A program made the translations under genes and the position numbers. The notes under the pieces were generated by a model that was not told the DNA's origin, did no database searches, and was given only the letters and a program-made list of their open reading frames with translations. A stretch of DNA of 64,000 nt from Paraspadella gotoi (lineage: Eukaryota > Animalia > Chaetognatha): the NCBI GenBank assembly GCA_051294375.1, contig CM119268.1, positions 19,474,625-19,538,624 of the forward strand, given 5' to 3'. Positions within the stretch are counted from its first letter, which is position 1. Each line of letters opens with the position of its first letter. Positions 15,401-27,718 of the stretch are shown in pieces.

Positions 15401-16180
15401 GGGAGGGAAGGGAGGAGGAGAAAGAGAGGGGGAAAGAGATGAAAGAACAAGAGGAGATAAGGAGAAACACAAAGAGGAGAGGAAAGGAGGAGAGGAAGAA
15501 AAAAGAAGAAAGAAAGAACAACTGAAAATTAATAACAAAAGGAAGAAGAAAAAAATAAGGCCAAGAAAAAAAGATCAGATGGAAGAATACAAAAGACGAA
15601 AAAATAAAAAGATAAGAAAAAACGAAAAGGTGAAATCTAAGAAAGAAAAAAAATAAGGGAGAAAAAAAAATTAAGGAAAGAAAGAAAAAAAAAAAAGAAA
15701 AAAGAAAGAAAGAAAAGAAAGAAAGAAAGAAGAAAAGAAAGAAAGAAAGAAAAAAAGGAAAGAAAAAAAAAAGAAAGAAAGAAAGAAAGAAAAAAAGAAA
15801 TAAGGAAAGAAAGAAATAAAGAAAAAAGAAAGAAAGAAAGAAATAAGGATAGAAAGAAAAAAACAAGTTTGAGCAAACAATGTCGGATCTGCCCACGATC
15901 ATTAGCGGTAATTAATTAATTAATTAATACAAATTTAATTAATTTGATACAAAATGTTTGTTTTTAGGTCTTTTCGTCACTGACCACGACAAAAGCAACG
16001 ACGACGATGATGGCGACGATGACAGTAATGCCAATAAAGATTGAATGATTGATTGATTAATTGATTAAATAATTAATTAATTCATAATAAAATTGATTGA
16101 TTGAAAAATTAATTTATAGATAACTAAATAAATTGATTGATTGAATAATTAATTGATTGAATAATTGACAGATTAATTAA
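1790..16180. other. Large noisy inverted duplication (fold-back), centre about 10400; probable assembly artefact
   Basis: Colinear reverse-complement matches at approximately 2060/15900, 3700/14100, 4560/13810, 5010/13410, 7290/12270, 7900/11700, 9340/11190 and 10120/10720. The left arm is insertion-rich. Confidence 0.85.
11556..11904. repeat. 55-bp minisatellite (about 6.3 copies)
   Basis: Unit caccatctctgccatctgtgttagcggttcctctcaagctttaatactttattgt. A noisy inverted copy lies at about 7790-8370. Confidence 0.95.
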
Positions 16181-16530
16181 TTAATTAATTATTAATTAAT
16201 TAATTAATTATATGATTAATTAATACATCTTGCATTTACATTTACTATAAAAAGAAAAATAAGCATAATCAATAAGTAAAATAGTTTTTTTTTTCCATTT
16301 AAACTCATTTCCATTCAGATGATTCCATCAAAAGACAGACAGACGGACAGACAGACAGACAGACAGAAAGACAGACAGACAGACGGACATCGTTTTTTTA
16401 TATAATTTATCATAATCCGATATTCTGACATGATATATGTGAATGCCCAACAAGATTGAGTGGGCGGACCGACGGACCGACAAAGTGAATTATAGAGTCG
16501 GGATCTTCTGAAAGCAGAGCTGACTAAAAA
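15862..16530 (-). mobile_element. Helentron-associated / DINE-1-like non-autonomous element (family H1), complete
   Basis: The subterminal inverted motif gtcggatctgc is at both ends (degenerate at the right end), with a 5' palindrome, a (GTCY)n microsatellite at 16333-16388 and the 3' end ...caaacttgtt. This is the DINE-1 architecture. Confidence 0.8.
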
Positions 16531-17729
16531 CGAATGACGGACGGACGGACTGACGGATACGAAAGCTCCAAAGAAAAGGAGCGGAAAAGTGAAAAGGCGA
16601 AAAAGAAGAAAAACGAGCCTCAGAGATTTCTCTTCTCTTTCCTTCTCTTTTTTTTATCTTTTCTTCTCTTTTCTTCTCTTCTTTCGTCTAACAAAAACCT
16701 AATCACTTGATTGACCCAAATTCTTTTCCATTTCATGGATTCTGCGATTCTTCTCTCTTGACCTCCGCTTCGGCCGTTCGCTTCCGCCTTTTGATTTCCA
16801 TTTCTACCGTTCGCTTTTACTTTCCGCTTCCGCCTTCTCCCGTCAATTCTTACATCGTTTCTTTACCTTCTCTTTTTTTTCATAATTTCTTCTTAGCTTA
16901 ACCTAACTTAACTTAACTTATTTAACTTGACTTGACTTGACTTGACCATAATTCACTCATTCTTTTCTTTCACTATTTCTCTTTCGTTTCTTCCTTCTTC
17001 TAATTATTTTCTCAATTTCATGCTCTTTATTCATTAAATATGTATACATTACTCCCTCTAGTCACAGCGTCTTCTAATCCACTTTTTTCCTCCGTTCTTC
17101 TTTCTATCTTTCTGTTTCCATCTTTCCATCCAACTAATTCAATTTTCCCTCCCACGTCCAGAACCAAAGATCACCCATTTCAGATTTCCAATCTCTCACT
17201 TTTCTCCCATTGTCCTTTTTGCTCACCCCATTCACAGTTTCATTTATCCCATTTCAAATCCTTCCATCCCCCCACTCCTTTCCATACCCCCTATCCCCCA
17301 CTCCGCGCCACCCCTCTTCCATACCCCATATCGCCACAGCTGCGTTTCCTACCGCGTGGGCTTTGGTTTCCACTCCGTCGATTCCACGAATCGTTGGACC
17401 TGAATTATTCTTCGATCGAAAAAAGGAAAGGGAAGAAGAGATCCCGTTTCCTTTTCCCTCTCTATTTTCTCCTTTCCTTTTTCCTTTTCCGTTTTCCCTC
17501 TCTATTTTCTCCTTTCCTTTCTCTTTTTTCTCCTTTCCTTTTCCATTTTCCCTCTCTTTTTTCTTATTTCCCATTTTTCCCTATCTTGCTTTATTTTTTT
17601 CATTCATCTTGTTTTTCTTATTCCTTGTGGTGTCTTATCGAGCGTTTCTTTTACCAATTGATTGTGATTGATGATGTTTTTTACCATTTATATTTTTTGT
17701 TTTAAATTATTTGGCTTTTCTTGTTGTAT

Positions 17730-18490
17730 AATTTGCTTCATTGATTGTTTCATTTCTATTTCCTCTATGCCTCATTGATTGTTTCCTTTATTTTTTTATT
17801 TGCCTCATTGATTGTTTCCTTTCTTTTTCTCTTTGCCTCATTGATTGTTTCCTTACTTTTTCTATTTGCCTCATTGATTGTTTCCTTTCTATTTCTCTTT
17901 GCCTCATTGATTGTAGAAATATTAGGCTTCACCTATCTTTCTCTCGTCAAATTATAAGACCGGTCATTTTGAGTGATTGAAGCAGCCTTTAAGGTCAATG
18001 TTATCTTTATTCTGGCTTTTTGATATATTTTCATTCACGATCGAATCATGTAACACTCACATTGTACAAATTTGAATGAGCGATGCCTCAAACGCGAGAC
18101 CCAAAAGGCATAAAAAATTTAAATACATTTTCTACATTTATTGTTTCCTTTCTTTTTCTCTTTTCCTCATTGATTGTTTCCTTTCTTTTTCTCTTTTTCT
18201 CATTGATTGTTTCCTTTCTTTTTCTCTTTGCCTCATTGATTGTTTCCTTTCTTTTTCTCTTTGCCTCATTGATTGATTCCTTTCTTTTTCTCTTTGCCTC
18301 ATTGATTGTTTCTTTTTCTGTTTGCGTCATTGATTGTTTTCTTTTTTTTTCTCTTTGCCTCAGTGATTGTTTTCTTTCTTTTTCTCTTTGCCTTATTGAT
18401 TGTTTCCTTTCTTTTTCTCTTTGCCTTATTGATTGTTTCCTTTCTATTTCTCTTTGCCTTATTGATTGTTTCCTTTCTATTTCTCTATGC
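17730..18490. repeat. 33-bp minisatellite in two blocks
   Basis: Unit cctcattgattgtttcctttctttttctctttg at about 17730-17915 and 18135-18490. Confidence 0.9.
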
Positions 18491-20554
18491 ATTCTCATCC
18501 TTTTCCTCAATTTTCTTTTCATTTTTCTATAATTTTTTTTATTCTTTCTATTTCTCTCTAGTCTCCATTCCGTCCACTTCACTTTATAAGAATTCGTCGC
18601 TCTTTTCTCAATTTCTCCCATTTTTTTTCATTTTTCTATTTCTATTATTTTTCTTTTTTTTTCTTTTCTCTGATCCTATAATTCGTTATCTCGATATATT
18701 AGGTTATATTAGGTTTTATTAGGTATATATATATATTAGGTTATATTAGGTTATATTCCCCTGTTCATTATTCTTCTTCCCGTTTTACTTTTCCTTTATT
18801 TTTCAAAACCTTTATTCTCTCTTTATTTAATATTTCCTTTTTTTTTCAATCATCATTTTTATCATAGTACCTACACTCATTTTTTCCCTTCGTGTTTTTG
18901 TCCTTCCTTATTTTTTTATTTCTTTTCTTCTCATCACTGTCTTCTTAATCAATGTCAGCGATGTAGCTATCATTTCCATCGTAGTCATTTTTGTTGACGT
19001 CTTCATCGTTGTCGTCTAACATTGTTTAAAATCTGTCATTGCATAGTCTTCAACGAATTACTTAAAATATATTCTCATGGTGTTGAACCGGGTGTACGAC
19101 ATATTTTATTTTATTCTTTCCAATTTTCTTTTCCTCCAAGTTGTTCTTTTAATACTAATAACAAGTAATTAAGCTAAAAAACATTAATGAATACAATAAT
19201 CATACAGTATTCTGTATTTTCTTTCTTGTCTTAAATTTGACAGGTTTTAGCGTCTCATTCATTTTTTCGTCGTCGTCGTCGTCGCCGTCTTGTACGTCTC
19301 ATCGTCGCTATCATCGTCGTCTTCGTCGTCGTCTCCGCCCTTGAGCTTCTTCCATCGCATAAAATCTTAGAAATGTCGCCGTCATTTTGTGAAATGTGAA
19401 AATTCTAAGCTTCCGCTTTAGAAAAGAGGGAGGGGAGGAAAAATAGGCGGGAAAAAGGGAAGAGGTACGTATTTGAGATGGAATTTAGGAAAATAGGAAA
19501 TGTGATGGGAGAAGATGTGGAAATGTTACTGAGGAAGAGAAAAGTAAAAGAGGAGGAAGGAGGAAGCAAAGATAATTTTGAGATTACTTGTTTTACTATT
19601 GTGGGAGATTGTATTAAAAAAACATTGTTTGAGCACTTAGCTCTAACCAAATTTGTACCTTGTAGATTTCACTGGGCGAAGCCATTTCACTCTCAAAAAT
19701 AAGAATCAATCCAAATCACGAGATTTTAATAAAATAATCAGAGCAGAGCAACAAGAGTGAGTTATAGAGAGAGAGAGCGAGCTATAGATAGAGCTCAAAG
19801 CTGTACAAAAATAATAATTTCAATGATTAGAATTCATTTCAAAAAGTTACAAATATTTCATCATGTTACCTAATGTTTCCTGAGCAATCTCCTAAAAGTT
19901 TAACATTTACTTGCCTTTTTATACTTCTTTAAATTTAAATAGACCATTTAAAAACGACTTTCGACTTTTGAGAATAATTGGATCAGAAAGGTCTCGTCCA
20001 ATCAGAATTAAGAACTAAATAATAACCAATGAAATCAAAGAATAGAGGACGAGTTTGAGAATTAAAACTAGTAACGTTATTGGTATTCCATATAAAACCG
20101 AATATTAATTTCGAAAACCAATTAAATACTTATAAACTATTTAACAACTATATTAGACTAAATTAGACTAATTTTCGAAACGAATATAACAGTTTGATAT
20201 ATTTCACATAAGTATTAGAGTTAATTATTATTTATTTCATATTTATTAATATAATGAGAAGAGCGATGTTAGTGTTGTCTACTGGAAATATAGGGAGCAT
20301 CTATACAACACAAGGTTAACTTTCTAATAAGATATTAGCCATCATTTTTGTTAGGAGATCATTCATTGAAAAATGTTATTTTATTGCAAAATTAGTATTG
20401 AAGAAAAGAAAATGAGTGTACATGTAAATACGACAAAAAAAAAAAAAAATACGGAATAAAAAGAAAAACGTAAAAAAATTTAAGACAGGAATTCGAAAGA
20501 AAAAAGATAAGAACGAAAAAAATATATGAATAAAAGAAAATAACGCGAAGAAGC

Positions 20555-21075
20555 AGTGGATAGGTGAGAAAAAAAGATAAGAAAGAGAAAAAGAAGTAAG
20601 AGAGATAGGTAAGATAGAAAAAAGTAGAGGAGAAAAATTAGTAAGAAAAGAAAATAGATAAGAAAGATATGTAAAAAAGAGAAAAATAAATAAGAAAGAG
20701 AAAAATTGGTAAGAAAGATATGTAAGATAAAAAAAGTAGATGAGAACAATAAGTAAGAAAAGAAAATACTTCAAAATAGATAAAAAGATAGTAAGTAAGT
20801 AGACAGAAAAATAAGAAAAAAAGAGGTAAGAAAGAGAAAAACAAGTAAAAGAGATAGGTAAGATAGAAAAAATATATAAAAACAATAAGTAAAAAAAGAA
20901 AATTGATAAGAAAGATAGGTAAAAAAGAGAAAAATAGGTAAGAAAGAGAACAACAAGTAAGAGAGATAGGTAAGATAGAAAAAAATAGATGATAAAAAAT
21001 AAGTAAAAAGAAAATAGATAAAATAAGATAAGACAGGAAAGACAGAAAAAGAGAAAGATAGGTAAGAAAGATAGA
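20555..21075. repeat. Degenerate purine-rich minisatellite
   Basis: Repeated agtaagaaagagaaaa / gataggtaagatagaaaa units. Confidence 0.7.
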
Positions 21076-21824
21076 CATGTAGATGAGACAGAAGATTTCC
21101 CAATTTTTCGAGGAGAGAAAAAGGAAAAAGTAGAATTCAGGTGGAGTTCTGGAGAGGCGAGGGCAAGAGGTGGAGGTGGGGGTGGGGGTGGGGGTGGGGG
21201 AGGAGACAGGGAGGTGTTGACGAATAGGGCCGACTGGGCGTCACACCTCATATTTTTCACTCCGCCCTTTTATGCAAAGGACTCCGCCTTCGTCAGACAA
21301 AATTCATGGAGAAAATATTTTTGTATCCTTTTTCTGTTTTTCTGTTTTTCTATTTCTGTTTTGGATCGTGGATTCGATTTCTCTCTCTCTCTCTCTCTCT
21401 CTCCCCTTTTTTCTTTTTTTCGCTTCTCTACATGTCGTGATCTACGCAATTTACGCAGTTCTATCCTTTCTCCCTAGATCGAGGATGTGATGATCTCTCT
21501 TCTATTCCAACACTTCTCTTTATTTTTCTCTTCTGTCCATCGACGATTCGTGAGTTTCCATCGCGAATTTCAAAGTTGGCGTCTTTCCCTCAAGATTTCN
21601 NNNNNNNNNTCAAACAGGTTTCGTACATTCGAACGTCTATCTTCCCTTCGTATTTTCCCCTCAACAAACGAACCTTTTTTTTTCGCTTTTAACGAGAATT
21701 CTTCTCTCCGTTAACGTTTTCGTCGAATCTCCGCCTTTAGCGATTACGAAAGGTCGTTAAATCGAATCGCGGTCGTCGTTCCCGACGAGCGGGGCCTTTT
21801 TTCTCTCACGAGTAGCGAAGGTTA

Positions 21825-21918
21825 TGAGTCATAAAAACGTGACGCTTACGTGGAGAGTCGTATCGTTGACGTCAAAGGGTCATCGCCGTCGCCTCGATTG
21901 GTTAAAACGTCAAGGTCA
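21825..21918. promoter_or_regulatory. Candidate enhancer motif cluster
   Basis: TGAGTCA (21825), TGACGTCA (21867), GGGTCA (21877), ATTGG (21897) and TCAAGGTCA (21910) in unique CpG-rich sequence. Confidence 0.35.
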
Positions 21919-22615
21919 TATTAATGTCGTCATGGTTCGAAAGGTTTACGCTGAAGATCATTAGTTTATCTCTGTTGAGGCAAGATCGACGATAGAGATT
22001 ACACAATCGTATTTGTAAACGGATTATGTTATTATGTTATTATGATTATGATTATTGTCAAGTTGGTGAATTCTCGCTAAATACATTTCCTTTTATCTCA
22101 CTCAAGGTTGACCGAAAGAGAAGTGAGAAAAGAGAGGAGAGAGAAGAGGGGGAGAAAAAAGAGAAGAGAGATAAAGAGTAGAGAGAAAAAAGAGTCATGA
22201 GGAAAGAGGGAGGCCAAAATAAGAGGAGACGGAAAAGATAGGAAAGATCGGACGAGAAAAAAACAAAGAGATAAGAGAAAAGACAGAGAAATAGAAAAGG
22301 AATTGGTTATAGTAAACAAACCCTGACTGAAATTGGAATAAATATTTTGTGGCCTTGTTTTTACGCACTGTAGGTACTACGTAGTCGTTTCATATCAAAT
22401 TCTTTTTCTAGTTAATAACTGGCTAACATCCAGAAACGGGATTTCCTCTCTTCACTGAAACAAAATTTTCGACTCTATATCCATCGTAGCTAAATCTCTG
22501 AAGACGAAGAAAAGCACGACGACGACGACGACGACGATGACGACGAAGGAGAAAACTAGAATCGCAATGGTGACGATAAAACCTTATGCCCCTCATGTGG
22601 GCACAAAGATGGCGA

Positions 22616-22697
<82 letters not shown>

Positions 22698-23129
22698 GTG
22701 GGCAAGAAGATAGCGTCCCATCCCTCTTCCGTTGAAACGAGACCCGACAAATAAGAGAGAGAAGGAAAAAAGGAAAAAGGAAAAAAGGAAAATCGAAAGG
22801 AAAAGGAGGAGACGAGAAAGAAGAAATATCAAAATGTAAAAGAAAAAAAAACAGATTGGAATAAATTGAGAGAAGAAATTGATAAAAATTGGAGAAGAGA
22901 AATTGGGAATATTATCCAAACTCTTCCCATTTCAGTTTAAATTTAATAATGAGTTAGTTTGTAAGTTTAAAGTTTAAGTTGAAGGTTAATGATTAGTATT
23001 ATAGTCAAGAGTTAGGGTTTAATTTTAATCCTTAGGATTAGGGATGAATGCTCAGGATCAGGCTAGAGTTACTTATTAATATTAAAAATTTAGTATAAAT
23101 TTGGTAAAATATTTAGGTTAAATTTTACA

Positions 23130-23170
23130 GCATTGATGAAAGCTTGTATCCAAAGCCGAAACATGTCCTA
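23130..23170 (+). ncRNA. Degenerate Penelope-type hammerhead
   Basis: ttgatga-a-agctt...aagcc-gaaacatgtc followed by aataaaattcgttg, like the other copies. The core C is mutated. Confidence 0.55.
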
Positions 23171-24727
23171 TTATTATCAAAATAAAATTCGTTGAAAAAT
23201 CAAAACTTTGCCAATCTTTAAACATTATAAAACAAAAAAAAAAGAAAGGATTATTATACTATAACTATTAGAGTTAAAATAAAGTTCAAGGATAAAAAAC
23301 ATAAATGGGCCGCCTTCGGGAAATAGCGCCGAAAAATTTTGAGAGGAGGGGGATAAAATTTAAAAAAGGAAAAGATGATAAAGTTTAAAAGGACGAATAA
23401 AAATGGAAAAAATGGACGGACGGAGATTCTGCGCGTAAAGATAAAAAGAGAGAAGAAAATGAAGAAAAAGTAAAAGTTTAGGTTGGGGTGACTGGTTACT
23501 TGTGACTAGGGGGTGAACTTAGGTAATATTTTGCCTGATTAAATGAGCAAAGTGTTACTAGGTAAAGAAAAAATTTTTCTGAATCAAAATATTTTGCTTA
23601 TATTTATTTTTAAAGATAAATAAAACAATAAATTTTCTTTTATTGTTTAGATTTTGTTATCAACTATATTTTTTAATTTGTTATTACTATATTTTAAGCC
23701 CAAAAATATTTTCCGAGACAGCATAAAATATGAGTATCAACAGTAGCATAGCGTTAAGCAACTGTCAGACCCAGAACTAAAAAAAATTATCAAGATTGAT
23801 TAAGTCATAGATTAATAAAAAAAAACAGATAATAAAGAAATTAGTAATAACAATAATGATGTATATATTTAAAGGAGTTGCAATTTACGTATTCACTATT
23901 TACGTATCCTGATATCATTGACAAGATTAAAACCTCGATCAAAGATGATGTAAAAATGTACCCAAGACTCAAGTCGCCCAAAAATGTTTTGTATGAATTA
24001 AAAATTTATAATCTCAATGCTCACTAGAATTCTTTGTAGAATATTATATGGATTACTCAATACCTTCCTAGCTGATTATATTAAAAAAATTGAGCTAGAA
24101 TGGAAAGTAAATAACCTATGGATATAAGGCCTTTTCAATCATCGATGCCCCCTTACCATATGACGGAGCAGTGAATCTCTCTTGCTCTCTATCTGGCTGG
24201 ATGACTTAGAGTCAGGATCGGGATCGACAAAAACGACGACGATAATTTGAACAATGGATTAATTGTTTAGGGTTTCGGTTAGGGATAAGGTTAGTTTAGG
24301 GGATATATATTAGGTTGGGATTCGGGTTGTGATTAGGGTTAGGGATTAGGGTCATTTTTCCCGACGCAACTTTTGCAACAATAAAATTCTGGCTTGCTGG
24401 GTTACTTAGCGAGAGAAAGAATTAAGCCTCTAGTCAGGATCGGGATCGACAGAAATGATGATGATAAATTGAACGATGGAGGAAGCAGTTGCGACGGTGA
24501 GAGCGAATATAAAACGACGATGGAAGCAGCAAAAGATACGATTTTTGTGCGTGTGTTTGAGTCCGCTGCTTCAGGAACCGCAGCAAAAAAGTGCCGGATA
24601 TAATTTTTAGAGAAAAAAAATTATCTTTCTATTTTTTTTATTAACAAAAATTTTAACTGAAAGTTGAAAATAACATTTTTGAACATACTAAACTTGATCA
24701 AAGCTGAATATATATTTCTAGCTTTTC

Positions 24728-24791
<64 letters not shown>

Positions 24792-25863
24792 AAGCTGAAT
24801 ATATATTTCTAGCTTTTCATTTTTTTTTACAAAATTAGTTTGTTAGCAATTGTGACTGGTGACAGTGATTAGTGACTTGTGAGAGAGACAAGGAAAAAAA
24901 AACGATTAAAAGTTTTATATGACCAATAAAATTATAAATAATTTAAATAATTACATATATTATAGTTTTAATTATATTTTCATTTTCTATGAAATTGGTA
25001 CAACCAATATAAAAATTATCCATTCATTTAATAAATAAGCTATCTTGCCTCTGACTTTGGACAGGCTTTGGAGGTTTAAGGCCTCCATCACTCTTACAAG
25101 ATAATGACATAGCAGGTCCCTGCAAGCTTTCAATCAAGACTCTCTCACAGTCCTGTTTATTCACTCCCAGATTACATGGCTTCCCTATCAATGAAATGGA
25201 AAATATTTCAAAGAATGTTTCAATTGTATGAAAAGACCACTCCCTTAAGTATTAGATAGTATTATATAATATTTATAGTATATTTACAGTATATTTAATT
25301 ATTATTTATTTATTTATTTATATAATAGTTGTGTTTTAAATGATTAAAATATTATTTCAATAATGTCAATTTTTAAGATATAATCGGTGGAACAGAGAAA
25401 GGATAATTAGTAATTAAAATAGTAATATATGTAATATTATTTGAAAGCAAACAGAGTTACGTTTGCGAGAGTTTGTGTAGTGAAAAAAAATAAGGGAAGA
25501 AAAAAGAGTTTCGCGTTCACGTGACACGACGACTGAAGAAAGAGAAAAAAAATAATTAAAAAGAAAAAAAAATAAAATAAAGAGACAAAAAAGGAGAGAA
25601 TCTGTCGTTGAGATGAGAAAGTTAAAATGTCGACAAGACAGAATGAAGAGGAGGAATAGGAGGAGGAGGAGGAGGAGGAGAAGAAGAGTTACAAGGAGCA
25701 TAGACGAGGAAAGACGAGCTGGAATCGTCTAGGGATGTTTTTCATCTGAAGGGAAAATGGGGAGAGGAAAAGAGGAACTGGAAAAAAATAGGGGAAGTGG
25801 AAAACAAATGAGGAATGAAATGCAGGAGCGAAAGAGGAAGAGGAGCGAGTCAAAGAAAGGAGG

Positions 25864-26736
25864 AACAAGTTTGAGCAAACAATGACGGATCTGCCTAAGA
25901 TAATTCAGCGGTCTTAAGCTAAACAGATGCTAATCACGATAATTCTTTATGATAATTCTTTATGGTCTCTACAGATTTTAACAGATCATGTAACAAAACA
26001 AATCATAACAGACTTCTTAATAAATATTTGAAAATATATATAAATCAATAATTAGAGAATTGACAAAGTTTTTGTTTGCAACGAATTTTATTTATAGTTG
26101 AACAGAAATGCAGCAACTCAGCCCCTCTCTCTTTGGACTGAGCGCCTCCCAAAATGACGGCTTCAGGAGGAAGGAGAGGAGTCTATCATTCCTATCGCAA
26201 AATCGCCCGCCTCGACAGCAGGCGAGAAGAGGGCAGTCGGCAGGCGTATCAGGTCAGAGAGACATAAGAGTGGCATTGGGAATTTTTCCGCCTGGTACAA
26301 TCCCCGGTGCAGAATTTACCGGTTCAGTCGCACTCTCCTCTCAGCCACTGACGCGCCAATGACCCGTCACCATCGTCCATGCCCTTCATTTGCATAAACC
26401 AATAAACCAATAGTAACAATGAAAAAGAAAGGATTACTTCAATATAAATCAATAAGTAAAATAACCTGTGGGTGCACCAATACATGTAAATCGCTTTCAA
26501 CGGATTAGACTGAACTGTTACTGCAGCACAATTAATATTTTATAATTTAAAAAACTATATTCAGTTCAAGCACTTACTTACACTTACTTATACACACACA
26601 AAATTTCATCTCAATCCAATAAGGATTAATTAGAGTAATTATGATGTAATATAAGCAAAAGGATAAAAATGACCGACGGACTGACAATGTGAATTATAGA
26701 TTCAGAATCTGCTGATAAGCAGATCCGACTAAAAAA
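25864..26736 (-). mobile_element. H1 element with GC-rich insertion
   Basis: aacaagtttgagcaaacaatgacggatctgcc at the left and tctgctgataagcagatccgactaaaa at the right. Confidence 0.7.
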
Positions 26737-26835
26737 GGAAAGGGAAAAAAAACAAAAAGAAAGAATGCAAGCGAGCGATTACTTAGCAAGAACATAATGC
26801 AATTTATTATATTATATTATAAATTATTCTTCATA

Positions 26836-27550
26836 TTTTTATCTCGCCAAGGAATCTTGGCGATATAATGCGAAGGGGACACTTCTTTGTGACGATGACG
26901 ACGACGACGACGTCGAAACGATGAATTACGATGAATTTTTATAAAGGTGTGCGATCATAGTAAGTTAAAAATTTAGATATGGCTTCTCATTTTAAAATTG
27001 AAATTATCATATTACATTTGGATTCAGGTATTTTTTGTTTGAATTTCCACTTCATTATGATTTACTGCAAATGAGATTATAGTACTCAATATAATATCCA
27101 AATTAGTATATAGAAATACTTTAATCTAATTTACATATTGCAGTAAATAATATTAAAGTTGAAATTCTTAAAAAAATCTTTAAATCTATAATAAACATGT
27201 GAAATCAAAAGACCTTTTTAATGAGAAGCTATATCTTAATTTTAATACAAATAAAAAAAAAATCTTTTACAAGCTCTCTCCGTCTCTCTTCGTCTCTCTC
27301 CGTCTCTTTCCGTCTCTCTCAAACTCTCTGTCTCTCTCTGTGTGTGTCTGTCTCTCTCTGTACGATCTCTTGCGTGATCGTTCGTTTCATTAGTGAGGAA
27401 GTTGAAATGTGTGTCCATTTTCTTTGTTTCATATCGATTCAAGTATTTTTTGGTTGAATTTCTACTTCATTATGATTTACTGCAATAAGCAAATTAGATT
27501 ATAATACTTTTTCATTAATACTATTCTTTGGCGAGATCCTTATACTTTTT
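26836..27550 (+). mobile_element. Second Helentron-associated family (H2)
   Basis: Subterminal inverted motif atctcgccaa / ttggcgagat, 5' palindrome cgccaag-gaat-cttggcg and (GAC)n. Related pieces lie at about 41800-41960, 42820-43110, 43620-43875 and 60260-60740. Confidence 0.6.
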
Positions 27551-27652
27551 AGATTTTTTTCTTGTGAAAAGATTATCAATGGCTTTTATTTCGGTGAAGC
27601 GAAGGAGAGGGTGAAAATTTATACGTGAGGGGTAAAGGGTAAACCCTCCCGC

Positions 27653-27718
<66 letters not shown>

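Noticed and set aside
23517-23563. Hairpin containing the miR-87-like seed tgagcaaag
   Set aside because: The stem is short, the seed would start inside the loop and the 3' part does not match miR-87.
23740-24130. Possible decayed transposon ORF
   Set aside because: Multiple stops and no motif I can identify without a search.
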